Assembly (NCBI GenBank): GCA_030019415.1
Contig: JASEEX010000002.1
Coordinates: forward strand, 3,823 to 67,822
DNA: 64,000 nucleotides
Source of the DNA: Thermodesulfovibrionales bacterium
GTDB lineage: Bacteria; Nitrospirota; Thermodesulfovibrionia; Thermodesulfovibrionales; SM23-35
Direction of reading: 5' to 3'
Positions within the stretch are counted from its first letter, which is position 1; each line of letters begins with the position of its first letter. Position numbers and translations under genes: made by a program. This document shows positions 8,963 through 18,606 of the stretch, piece by piece. The notes below the pieces were generated by a model, which saw only the letters and a program-made list of their open reading frames with translations, ran no database searches and had not been told where the DNA came from.

Positions 8963-11307
8963 AGTAAGTCTCTTTCCTTCATGCCACCTAGAATTTCAAT
9001 TGTAATAGAATATTCCTGTTCATTAATTTTTACTTTCATATTATATTTCCCTGGCTTGTAGCCTCCTAAGTCTGCGCACCATTTTTGTTGAGAATTATCA
9101 AACTCCAGACTTAAAGGCATTCCTTTTGGGTCTATCAATAAAGGTTTTCTATCAGGTTTCGGGGTTATGGACAAGAATAGGATAGGTTCTCTTCTACTAA
9201 TCATAATTTCATTTGGGGTTATTTCGTATGTTATATCAGTTATATGTCTTCTTTTAGAAACAATGACAACCGGGACTAGAACTTCTTCAGGTGCGGCGCC
9301 ACCATGAACCTCCCTAACGGGCTTTCTGTAAAGAGATGAATATCTTAAAGCTATCAGTGCCCTAGTTTTATTGCATTCAGGATTGTCAATACTATGGCTG
9401 ACCAAATCATCATCATCTAAGAAATCATTATCTATCCACATACATCTTCCATCATGATGAGCATTTTCAAAATTATAAACCTTTAGATTTCTTTTCAATC
9501 TTGCTAAGGCTGTAGAGCCATGGTCAGAGACAATTGCAATCCTCTCATTTTTATAGACGGATATATTCCTTTGAAGAATCCTTCTTATCAATTCAATATC
9601 CCTTAAGAGACTATCTGGATGCCTGTAAGGTTCCGCTGAATGTACATCTCTGTCATAGTCTCTGATGTATAGCGCATTTTCAAAACGATTACAGTCTGTA
9701 ATCGTTGGAAGATAAGCCCGCGCAATGTACTTTTTTTCAATAAATAATCCCATCTCATTCTCAATAAGGCAGATTATAAAAGGAAACCACTCCATTCCCA
9801 ATGCGTCTATCCAGATAACCTTATCAATATTCTCCCTCTTCAATATCTGGTGGGCAGGTTCAAACGCATAATACCATTTGTAGAAGACATCCTTATTTTT
9901 GTTTCTTTCATTAAGAAAATCATTCAGCAAAGGTGATATGGCGTTCTTCAATTTTGATGCCCTGTACTCTTTAAAATAGTCCAACACCCATCGGTTGTCT
10001 TCATTCAGGTTATCAGGCATGATATCCTGGAGGTAATAGTAAAGCCCTTTATATTTCTCACTGATAGATTGCATATCTGTTTCTCCATTGAGAAACATTT
10101 CAAGTAATATTCTTCTTTCGCATTGCGCAATACCGGTTAAGAGGTTCAATTTTTCTTTATCATCTTTAATTTCTTTTAATGTACTGGTGAGTCTATTTTC
10201 ATAAGAAACAGATATTTCTTTATCTGCATAAAATCTTTCCAATAGTCTTTTTCTTCCTGAATATAACCGAGAATTGTTATCTTTAAGATCAAATATCTTG
10301 AACCAAATACCTTCTAAAAACTCATCGTTATCAATCGTTTCTAAAGAACTCATAACCTGAGAGATATATGTATTATTCCATTCATTCTTAACTGATACAT
10401 ACTGCTTTAATAACCATTTTTTAAAATTGGTATCAGAAAGTGTCCAGAGATTTGCTATATCATCAATATTGACAGTTAATACCCCGAAAACTTTTACTAT
10501 CGCTTCTTCTAAGGTTCTGAACCCAGTTTCAGTAAAAATCTCAAAAAGTTTATTCCAGAAGGTTGTATCCTCATAGCGAAATATTATGGGCAGATCTATC
10601 CCGTAAACTTTCAAAAAAAGAGCTTTTGTATTTCTAATCTCTGCGATGTCAAAAGCGTTGTCAGGCAATCTATTGGGATATAAATGTACGAGGGTACTGG
10701 AAAAACATATTAGTCTTTCAATGTTATCCCTTTTCCACAGATTCAGCCAGTCTTTAGTATTGTTGATGATCTCAGCATTTGGGGCATATGCCACAGAAAA
10801 GTCTGTGATATAGATTATAATTTTGGATTGGTTGTCAGAAAGTACTTGCCACAGCGGAGCCCATTGGTCCTTGCGGTGAAAGCCGTCAAAAAACTCGGTT
10901 TCGAATCTTTCATAAATGCCAATTAGAGGGATATAAATCCTTCTTCGATGGTTTTTGTTGTTTTCAATTTCGGAAATGGTATTAAACAGGGAAGAAAAGT
11001 CTTCTCTGGAATAAAACCTTGCTATTTCCGAAAGGGGTAAAATAATAAGATCCTTTTTGTTATCCAATCCTTTGATGATTTCTATCAAATCTTCTGCTGA
11101 TATCCAACCATCAGAGTGTGGCAAAAAATCGGAAAGTTCTATTTTCCCAACTCCAAGCTGATCAAATGTTTTCACCATATCCTTCAACATATTCATCGAA
11201 GGCAAAAAGATTAATCTGGCAGGATATCGGCTAACAAGGGAACTTCTTGACTTCTTATCTGATTCAATTTCGACGAGTAGTTCATCAACTGAGTTGAAAA
11301 TCTTCAT
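8959..11307 (-). CDS. pglZ: PglZ-domain protein (alkaline-phosphatase superfamily) of a BREX-like system
   Basis: 782 aa. The C-terminal half carries VIWIDALGMEWFPF and RIAIVSDHGS, the metal-site motifs of the PglZ/alkaline-phosphatase fold. It is translationally coupled to brxL. Confidence 0.75.
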   Translation of the reverse strand: MKIFNSVDELLVEIESDKKSRSSLVSRYPARLIFLPSMNMLKDMVKTFDQLGVGKIELSDFLPHSDGWISAEDLIEIIKGLDNKKDLIILPLSEIARFYSREDFSSLFNTISEIENNKNHRRRIYIPLIGIYERFETEFFDGFHRKDQWAPLWQVLSDNQSKIIIYITDFSVAYAPNAEIINNTKDWLNLWKRDNIERLICFSSTLVHLYPNRLPDNAFDIAEIRNTKALFLKVYGIDLPIIFRYEDTTFWNKLFEIFTETGFRTLEEAIVKVFGVLTVNIDDIANLWTLSDTNFKKWLLKQYVSVKNEWNNTYISQVMSSLETIDNDEFLEGIWFKIFDLKDNNSRLYSGRKRLLERFYADKEISVSYENRLTSTLKEIKDDKEKLNLLTGIAQCERRILLEMFLNGETDMQSISEKYKGLYYYLQDIMPDNLNEDNRWVLDYFKEYRASKLKNAISPLLNDFLNERNKNKDVFYKWYYAFEPAHQILKRENIDKVIWIDALGMEWFPFIICLIENEMGLFIEKKYIARAYLPTITDCNRFENALYIRDYDRDVHSAEPYRHPDSLLRDIELIRRILQRNISVYKNERIAIVSDHGSTALARLKRNLKVYNFENAHHDGRCMWIDNDFLDDDDLVSHSIDNPECNKTRALIALRYSSLYRKPVREVHGGAAPEEVLVPVVIVSKRRHITDITYEITPNEIMISRREPILFLSITPKPDRKPLLIDPKGMPLSLEFDNSQQKWCADLGGYKPGKYNMKVKINEQEYSITIEILGGMKERDLL

Positions 11308-11321
11308 TCCTTTTCTATTTC

Positions 11322-11554
11322 TTAAACCTTTTCCAAAAGCTCAAAATATTCTTCCCTGCTTATACCAGATGTCCTCAAGTTGTTTTTAATGATAAACACT
11401 GGTACCTCCTACCAGTCAGGTATATAACCACCGGCCTTTGTATTCAGGGTCTCGTATAAACATAATGGTCACCTTCTACTCGCACACATGTAAATCCTGC
11501 CATTTCGAATACTTTCCTTAGCTTCCATGCCGGTACAGGAACTATCTTGGGCAT
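11322..11554 (-). pseudogene. hicA: Decayed hicA (YcfA-family mRNA-interferase toxin)
   Basis: My translation gives MPKIVPVPAWKLRKVFEMAGFTCVRVEGDHYVYTRP, a TGA stop, then IQRPVVI. After a frame change it continues IPDW, a TAG stop, then EVPVFIIKNNLRTSGISREEYFELLEKV. That is two in-frame stops plus an indel (233 nt, not a multiple of 3). The pattern matches HicA/YcfA proteins. Confidence 0.6.
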
Positions 11555-11557
11555 AAA

Positions 11558-11821
11558 TTATATGCTCACAAGTTCTGTAGCAACCAGTTTCGGAGGTATC
11601 CATTTGCCACTCGCATCTTTTTTGTAACTTGATTCTTCCAGTATGCCCTCGAGTGTTCCCATCTTCTCAGCTTCCTCAATAAAGAGTCTTACAGCGGTTT
11701 TAAGCATTTCCTTGGCATGTTCTACATTATTGCCACAACTTGAAATATCAAGCTCCGGACAGTAGGCCACAAAGGTTTCATTTTCCCTGAAAACAATCAC
11801 ATCAAATTCTATAGGTGTCAT
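11558..11821 (-). CDS. hicB: HicB-like antitoxin-fold protein (UPF0150-type, no obvious DNA-binding tail)
   Basis: 87 aa beginning MTPIEFDVIVFRENETFVAYCPELDISSCGNNVEHAKEMLKTAVRLFIEE, a typical HicB N-terminal fold. AAGGAGG lies 6 nt before the ATG. It sits 13 nt after the brxC stop. Confidence 0.6.
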   Translation of the reverse strand: MTPIEFDVIVFRENETFVAYCPELDISSCGNNVEHAKEMLKTAVRLFIEEAEKMGTLEGILEESSYKKDASGKWIPPKLVATELVSI

Positions 11822-11834
11822 AAATGCCTCCTTC

Positions 11835-14800
11835 TTATTGCGAATTCAAATATTTATCTATTAAATAGGCCAAATCAGGCTTAGCATCCAATATCTTTAA
11901 GAGTATGGGTTTTAGATCTCCTGAATAGGACATCAACCTCTCTTTTACCTGTTCCTTATAAATTATTTTATCAACATCATTAACGGGTGGTTTTTCTTTG
12001 ATTTCGCCAGGAATACCTGTTTCAGGTGGGAGCGTCTGTTTTTTAATCCACCAGTCTTTTACCTTGCTTTCAACCTTGTCTATCTCCCACTGAGCCACCT
12101 CTTCCTGCATATTCTTGTATAGATAATCAATAATCTCACCAATATCGGAATAAAAAATACTCACGGAATCAATATACTGCAAAAACTGAATAAATCCCTG
12201 CTGGATTTTATCTTTCTTTAAAGTTAATTCCAGATCCAGCTTGTTATTTTTTACTGCTTCCAAAATCCTTTTTACATCGTCATAACCTATTTCACTATCA
12301 ACGTTTTTTGTAAGTATGAAAATCTCATCAACGGCATTTTTCACGCCATCCTTCACATCCAGATATTTGACCGACCATATGGGAAGTCCCATATCTTTGA
12401 CGAGCTTTCTTATTTCCCATCTCAAATCATTTAAACTGTTAACATTATCAAAGGAGAAAATATCTCCGAGCGTTTCTACAAGCTCCTTTTCTTCTAATGT
12501 TCCAAGCCTTACTTCTAATTTGCTCGATGAGATTCCTTCCTGCCAGCATCTGAATAGTTCGGTAGTCTTATCCTTCATCATGCTCTGTGTAATGGGTCTA
12601 CCGGTTCCAGCCTCATAAAGTTTTCCAATGTATTTTCTCAATACATATCCCATTAAGGCCATATGTATCATATTGGAATAAATGCCATAAGGTAGCTCGC
12701 TTAAGAACCTCAATCTATCTCCGAGATTAAAGTTAGGTTGATCCTGAAGGTCATTAATTTTGCCCTCAACTTCCCCTGAAATCTTTACAAGAGGATGCTC
12801 TTTATCCGCAGTTTCTTTTATCTCCAGATTTTCCTCCACTACATAATTATTTCCCCTTTTGTCTTTCAGAATACACCGTAAATATGATTCCTGACCCCTT
12901 GAAGTTTTTGATGAAATATCATCTCTCGAATTTGCAAACAGAAATATCTCGATAGACTTTTGGGCCATTTTGTATGTCCATACGTTTTGATTCTCTCTTG
13001 CCTTTTGTAGATTTTCCAATCCATATCTAAAAATACGAGGGGAAATCTGTTCATTGATAAGGTTCCCGATTTTGCTCATCAGTTCCAGCTTCTCTTCCCC
13101 ATTGAGTATAACAGTCACATAGCCGCTTCTGATACTGTTTATCCAGTCATCCACAACCTTCTTTGCAAAGTCTTGATTTGCAATGGCATCATCATTGAAG
13201 TTATGATTGCGTGCCACAACACTTTCAGCATAAAAAGTAATAAATCTGTTGTAGCGGTCTTTTCCGAAAGGCTTATCAATAAAAATGAATATACTATGCT
13301 TGCTGTCTTCCTCTTTTGCGAGTTGTTTTATAGTGTTTTTTATGACTGAGGCTTCAGCATCATCTTTCTGCAAAAAGATCGCAAGATGCAAAGAATAGGT
13401 CTTTCTGAAGCCTTTTGAAAGTTTGCTTCGTAAAATATGTTCTTTTTCACCTACCCAGTAAAAATTGACCTCAGTAGTTCTCAAGATACCGTTTGTGATC
13501 AAACTGGTTAGATTTGTTTTTGAGGCAGGATTGAACTCCAATACCTTTGTTATATCTTCATATTCCAAGAGTGCTTTTTGTTTTTCGGCTTCTATCTCTT
13601 TTACGGGCGGAATAGAAAAAGATACAAGGTAAAGTTCATCAGGGGTTTTTCTGATAATCTCTTTTTTATCAAAATAACCAAGTGCTCTATCAACATCTGG
13701 TTCACAAAATGTTCCTATAAATAAAGACTGTATGTTACCAACCGAAGGGAGTACCAGACTCTGTTGAGCTTCTCCCACAGAAACCATTCTGTATAAGGCA
13801 TTTAGCAATAATGTGCCTTTAAAAACTGCGATGTATTGTTTGCCTAAACTTTCTATATCCTTGATGTGCAATTTAAACTTTTCCAAGATTGGTAAAAACT
13901 TATCTGAATTATCCTTCTCAAACTCTTCTATAAAGTAATCCCATAGATAATCAGCGCTAATAACAGGTGACTTATCATCTGTTTCATTATTCAAGAAATT
14001 CAAAAATCCTTTATCTTTATCGTTCAGAAAACTAAAAATACTTCTTTCGGTCGAGCCTAAATTTCTCGCAATAAAGGTTGCCAGATAGGCAGCGTAGGGA
14101 TGGATAGGGAAAAGATTCTTAACGTTATTTTTTGCAGATACACCCTCATTACCAGAAATTCTTTCTAAAAGTTCATTTAACTGGGGGTTAGCAGAGAAAA
14201 ATCTGTCTTTGAGATCATTCCACTTTATTTCATCTTTCTTTTGTATGGCAGCAGAGATAATGTGGTAAGTTGTAATAGGCTCCATTGAATAGTCTTTGAA
14301 GTGAAATCTGTCAAAGACCTTTTTTACCTCCTCATCGGCAAATCCTGCCTGGTGAGGTGTTCTGTGGCTAATAAGGTACAAAAAGATATTGCCATTTTTG
14401 CTTAGCTCTGCCATATCCTGCAGGGGAGACAAAAATTCGTTTCTGTTTGAATGCTGTAAAACTGCCGAGAATTCATCCCAGAAAATCATTAAATGGTTCG
14501 CAATTCCCTTATCACTTAATTCCTTTGCTATTTCTAAAAGCCATTTATCTATTTTGGAATATATAAAATAGCCGCCTTTCTTGTTAATAATAGATTCAAG
14601 AACCTTCAATATTGTTATATCTCTATTTTTTAACCGATTCACCAAATCGGATGGGCTGTTAACATACATTCTCAGTTCTTGGTTGCTTTTTATTATTTGA
14701 TTCCAGTCTATATGCAAGGGATTATCTTTTATCTGGGCAACCATCTTTTCAAAATCACTTTCTGTCTGAACTTCTACGTTATTTGCCTTCAGTGTATCCT

Positions 14801-15206
14801 TTAAAGCTTTCTCCACAGCCAGAGAAAAGGTTCTGTTATCTGTGATGTTTGCTATGCCCTTGAGAACTATAGGTAAAACCTTTTTTGTTTTCCTGAAATT
14901 TCTTACTTTTTCCCTTAACTGGACATCAAGAGTTTTAAGGTATTCTTCAATATGGCCAGAATCATCCCAGAGCAAATGTTTGACAACAGCAGATGCATGA
15001 CTTTTGCCGGTTCCATAAGCTCCCTGAATTAGGATTGATTTTCGTTCAGTAGACTGGCTTGCTTCAAGGCTTCCCACTGTGGTTTTTAGAATATTGTTAA
15101 ACTTCTCATTAGGTATGAACCGCATCCAGTAGGTTTTATGTTCATTTGTGAGGTCATAATAGGATTCAAAGTAATCATGCAACCCAATGATTTCAGAATA
15201 TCTCAT
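11835..15206 (-). CDS. brxC: BrxC/PglY-like large P-loop ATPase
   Basis: 1123 aa with Walker A ILIQGAYGTGKSH and Walker B HLMIFWDEFS. Its size and position (after brxP, before pglZ) fit BREX BrxC. Confidence 0.65.
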   Translation of the reverse strand: MRYSEIIGLHDYFESYYDLTNEHKTYWMRFIPNEKFNNILKTTVGSLEASQSTERKSILIQGAYGTGKSHASAVVKHLLWDDSGHIEEYLKTLDVQLREKVRNFRKTKKVLPIVLKGIANITDNRTFSLAVEKALKDTLKANNVEVQTESDFEKMVAQIKDNPLHIDWNQIIKSNQELRMYVNSPSDLVNRLKNRDITILKVLESIINKKGGYFIYSKIDKWLLEIAKELSDKGIANHLMIFWDEFSAVLQHSNRNEFLSPLQDMAELSKNGNIFLYLISHRTPHQAGFADEEVKKVFDRFHFKDYSMEPITTYHIISAAIQKKDEIKWNDLKDRFFSANPQLNELLERISGNEGVSAKNNVKNLFPIHPYAAYLATFIARNLGSTERSIFSFLNDKDKGFLNFLNNETDDKSPVISADYLWDYFIEEFEKDNSDKFLPILEKFKLHIKDIESLGKQYIAVFKGTLLLNALYRMVSVGEAQQSLVLPSVGNIQSLFIGTFCEPDVDRALGYFDKKEIIRKTPDELYLVSFSIPPVKEIEAEKQKALLEYEDITKVLEFNPASKTNLTSLITNGILRTTEVNFYWVGEKEHILRSKLSKGFRKTYSLHLAIFLQKDDAEASVIKNTIKQLAKEEDSKHSIFIFIDKPFGKDRYNRFITFYAESVVARNHNFNDDAIANQDFAKKVVDDWINSIRSGYVTVILNGEEKLELMSKIGNLINEQISPRIFRYGLENLQKARENQNVWTYKMAQKSIEIFLFANSRDDISSKTSRGQESYLRCILKDKRGNNYVVEENLEIKETADKEHPLVKISGEVEGKINDLQDQPNFNLGDRLRFLSELPYGIYSNMIHMALMGYVLRKYIGKLYEAGTGRPITQSMMKDKTTELFRCWQEGISSSKLEVRLGTLEEKELVETLGDIFSFDNVNSLNDLRWEIRKLVKDMGLPIWSVKYLDVKDGVKNAVDEIFILTKNVDSEIGYDDVKRILEAVKNNKLDLELTLKKDKIQQGFIQFLQYIDSVSIFYSDIGEIIDYLYKNMQEEVAQWEIDKVESKVKDWWIKKQTLPPETGIPGEIKEKPPVNDVDKIIYKEQVKERLMSYSGDLKPILLKILDAKPDLAYLIDKYLNSQ

Positions 15207-17606
15207 CTACGCCTCCAGACTTTCAGGATAAATCTCTTCGCTTAATAATTCCAATACATCAATATGATTTAAATCTTCTCTTAAATGGATATTATCGAGA
15301 CCTTTGATCAGGTCTGCCTTCAATATGCCATTTTTGTTTTCCTGAAGATAGCGAAGGATATTCTCAAGCTTTCCCTTTGATATGCCAAAAAGACGGTATG
15401 GCCCTTCTTTCTGTTCATCCCTGTAAAATTCAGAAATGGTCAAGTCACGCCTATTTTTACTTTCAGCATATCTGTAAAGAGAATATGCGATTGCTATGGG
15501 ATGGACATCGTCAGTTCCGAGTTTTTGGATGTTACGGGTATTCCCTCGTTTTTCTATGATTCCCAATTTCAATTCATTGCCCAATGGTGTTGTTTCCAGC
15601 ATATTTGCTAAAGCATCTATGCCGCTTGAAATTGTATTCTTGCTACCTGAAAAACCACGGTTCAGTCCTAACTGCACAAGTTCACCTGTTGAATATGAAT
15701 TGCCGAAATCAACATCTGATATGTACCATTTTATTAGACTGGAATTATGGCTAAGATTTATCCAGATTATTTCCCAGGATAATCGTTCATTCTTAAAAAA
15801 TACTGTTTTAAGCTTATGACCCAATCTTGTTATTTTGTTTTCTTTTGTTTTAAGCACATCGGCATCTCTTAGCCATACTATTACTGCATAAGCTTGAATA
15901 GGCCCAAGATTCTTGGTAGAAAACCATTTGTCTGGATCAGTTAAAAAAGAAAATAACCATTCCCTTCTAAGTCCAAATGTCTTATATTTTGTAAAACCTC
16001 CTGATTTGTTTGCCATATTTTTACCCCCCCCCAGAATCATCTTATCAGCCTGTGCCTTAAAACATCCTTTCTCTGCATGGTATAAACAATTTCCACAATG
16101 GTTACATAACGTTGTATCTATCTTTACATAAGGACTAACTTTTAAGGCACCTGTCGGGCATTCTACCTCACATGTGCCACAGTGAATACAATAGGTGGCT
16201 TTGTATAGAATTCTTTCGATCTTATTTTTAAAAATAATGTCATTATTTATTTTCCCTATTTTTACTAAAATCTTATCATCTTTATTCTTTATTACTTCGA
16301 AGTCAAAAATTTTATCTCTTACCTTTATTTCCCCATATTTCTTGTCATCTTCTTTTTTAAAATATATTTCCCCTATCGTCCTTGACCATTCGATAAAATT
16401 TTCATTGGGGTTTGAAATAAGTGCTTCTAAACGTTGGTCAGACGAGAAAAAATCAATTTTGGTTCCGTTAGAGTTTATTCCACCCCATCCCGGCTTTTTT
16501 TTCCATGCCCCCTCGCAAATATATTCCAAAGCTTTATTTTTTTCTGGAACTATCATATCAACATATTCCTTAAGAATTCCCAAGTATTTAGAAGAAACCT
16601 CTGAGTATTTGTAGTTTATAATGTACTCAGACCACTCGGACCCAAAAGGACAGATGCCGCAACCAATCCTGCTCAATCCATATCTGTAAGCCTCATTTAT
16701 TTTTAATTCACGATAGAATGTATACAAAAATACCTCTGCAGAGTTCCAATATCTTATTACCTCAGCATTGATTTGATTTGTATGTTTTGTCCCCTTTGAA
16801 ATTCTAGTGTAACTTTCCCTTTTTGCACTTTCTTCAGCTCTCACTCCCTCAAATGTTAAGATCTTTGGCTGCTTCTTCCCATTAAACATGCAATTAATCA
16901 GACTCATATAGGGTGCTGTCTTATGAACTGTACAACACCACCTGTGTATTCTGCTCGGTGGCCCAAATATCCGCCATGTTTTCTCAGATGGCAATCGGCC
17001 CTTTGCGGTTTCAAACCGTAAACCGGCATAAAGTTTTTGGTAATATGCTTTAGTTTCTTCTACATTTTCATAAGTAGAAGGGAGTTCCATATCTGTGTCT
17101 GTAAAAACTACAATATATTCATCCGGCGGGATTATTCTGCTTACTATATCGAGAACTACCTGCGAGTCTTTACCTCCACTAAATGAAACCGCGAAACAAT
17201 TTACCTTGTTCCTACCCCTTTTATACGACTTGTAAGTATGCTCAACAAAATCCATCGCCTCATTTTCCAATACACGAAGAGCTTCCTGATTCTTTCTGAC
17301 CATTAAGTCTACATTAATAGGTTCAATGATTAAATCTTTCCCGTTCTCCGTAATGTTTATTTGTGGGGACTCAAAAATATTTCCACCTTTAGCCTCTGCA
17401 ACCCATTCCCCCCTGCAGTAATATCTCCTTCCATTTGCCCATAATAATGGTTTTTTTGTTCTCGGACAGTTCCAGAATTTATTGAATTTCAGAAGGTCCA
17501 ACTCCTCAAAAAAAACAGGGCGTGGAAGAATTAAATTATTAATCTCGGTGGGTTTATCTGTTAATATCACACCGTTGATTTCCTTATCCCATATTACTTT
17601 ATACAT
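15207..17606 (-). CDS. brxP: BrxP-like PAPS-reductase-domain protein fused to a 2x[4Fe-4S] ferredoxin module
   Basis: 799 aa with PP-loop AVSFSGGKDSQVV and further PAPS-reductase-family sequence (FEGVRAEES, RWCCTVHK). The ferredoxin clusters are YCIHCGTCEVECPTGAL and CNHCGNCLYHAEKGC. The roughly 125-aa N-terminal region and roughly 280-aa C-terminal region show no motif I recognise. Confidence 0.7.
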   Translation of the reverse strand: MYKVIWDKEINGVILTDKPTEINNLILPRPVFFEELDLLKFNKFWNCPRTKKPLLWANGRRYYCRGEWVAEAKGGNIFESPQINITENGKDLIIEPINVDLMVRKNQEALRVLENEAMDFVEHTYKSYKRGRNKVNCFAVSFSGGKDSQVVLDIVSRIIPPDEYIVVFTDTDMELPSTYENVEETKAYYQKLYAGLRFETAKGRLPSEKTWRIFGPPSRIHRWCCTVHKTAPYMSLINCMFNGKKQPKILTFEGVRAEESAKRESYTRISKGTKHTNQINAEVIRYWNSAEVFLYTFYRELKINEAYRYGLSRIGCGICPFGSEWSEYIINYKYSEVSSKYLGILKEYVDMIVPEKNKALEYICEGAWKKKPGWGGINSNGTKIDFFSSDQRLEALISNPNENFIEWSRTIGEIYFKKEDDKKYGEIKVRDKIFDFEVIKNKDDKILVKIGKINNDIIFKNKIERILYKATYCIHCGTCEVECPTGALKVSPYVKIDTTLCNHCGNCLYHAEKGCFKAQADKMILGGGKNMANKSGGFTKYKTFGLRREWLFSFLTDPDKWFSTKNLGPIQAYAVIVWLRDADVLKTKENKITRLGHKLKTVFFKNERLSWEIIWINLSHNSSLIKWYISDVDFGNSYSTGELVQLGLNRGFSGSKNTISSGIDALANMLETTPLGNELKLGIIEKRGNTRNIQKLGTDDVHPIAIAYSLYRYAESKNRRDLTISEFYRDEQKEGPYRLFGISKGKLENILRYLQENKNGILKADLIKGLDNIHLREDLNHIDVLELLSEEIYPESLEA

Positions 17607-17791
17607 TTATGACCTGTCCTATAGATATTAAAGATATTTATAATGTGTGCTTTTCTTTCTCCATCACTGTTCTACTTTCGTTGATGGTTTCGATAGTCTG
17701 AAAGGGCAGGGAAATCCGCTCGACCTCTGTCCTTTTCCCCTGCCAGTATAAGCCAGTTGGAATATTATTGTTCTCTCTCGGCATAGACTCG

Positions 17792-18052
17792 TTACGCTAC
17801 CTGGAGTGTCAGCCCTTCAATTCTCGATGCCCGTAACCTCTCAACTTTTACATAAACTATTTGTTGACCCGCCTCTTTATTAGCTTCAGAGAGTTCAATA
17901 TTTTTCGCTGCAAGTTCTTTATCATATTCAGGAAGTAACACAATCATGGCATTGTCAGGTATCTTTTCTTCTATCTCGGGATGTTCAAGAATATATAATT
18001 CAAACTCTGTAGAAAGCTGCTGGTTTTTTCTGAACATTTCTTCTCTTGTCAT
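17792..18052 (-). CDS. Hypothetical small acidic protein (86 aa), downstream partner of an overlapping gene pair
   Basis: The ORF has an ATGA overlap (18049-18052) with the upstream 104-aa ORF. I recognise no motif. The architecture resembles a toxin-antitoxin pair. Confidence 0.45.
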   Translation of the reverse strand: MTREEMFRKNQQLSTEFELYILEHPEIEEKIPDNAMIVLLPEYDKELAAKNIELSEANKEAGQQIVYVKVERLRASRIEGLTLQVA

Positions 18053-18363
18053 CTCTTTATCCTCCTTAAATATCTCTCTTTATATCTTTCCCAGTTTTCA
18101 TTTATATCAATATCAGCCAACGTTAATGCCTCATTGAGATCTGCTGCTCCCCAAAATATCTTTTCTTTACTGCCATCCGGATTTAATAAGTCTTTGTGAG
18201 CATATCCATGAGCAGTGTCATATCGAACAATAGGCACCCATTTGCCTTCAAATAATGTTTCGTATTGAACTACAAATCCTGTCACTTTGTCCTTTTCGGT
18301 TATATGTTCATGCCGTTTTCTATCAATATCTGATAGCATAAAGACATAGGATTTTTTCATCAC
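18049..18363 (-). CDS. Hypothetical small basic protein (104 aa), upstream partner of an overlapping gene pair
   Basis: The ORF contains the His-rich core RYDTAHGYAHKD. It is coupled to the 86-aa ORF. Function unknown. Confidence 0.45.
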   Translation of the reverse strand: MMKKSYVFMLSDIDRKRHEHITEKDKVTGFVVQYETLFEGKWVPIVRYDTAHGYAHKDLLNPDGSKEKIFWGAADLNEALTLADIDINENWERYKERYLRRIKR

Positions 18364-18387
18364 ATCGTATTGTCCATCATAAGTTAT

Positions 18388-18606
<219 letters not shown>

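Noticed and set aside
16195-16614. 139-aa plus-strand ORF (and similar ones at 12316-12618, 15496-15819 and 15913-16131) inside the BREX-like genes
   Set aside because: These are antisense shadow ORFs within long AT-rich minus-strand genes. Their composition is low-complexity and Ser/Leu/Phe/Ile-rich, and they have no RBS or motifs.
17705-17744. Hairpin ggcagggaaa...tttcccctgcc between the small-gene pair and brxP as a rho-independent terminator
   Set aside because: The stem is imperfect (one bulge), the loop is 20 nt, and no U tract follows on the transcribed strand. It may still be structural, but I cannot support a terminator call.
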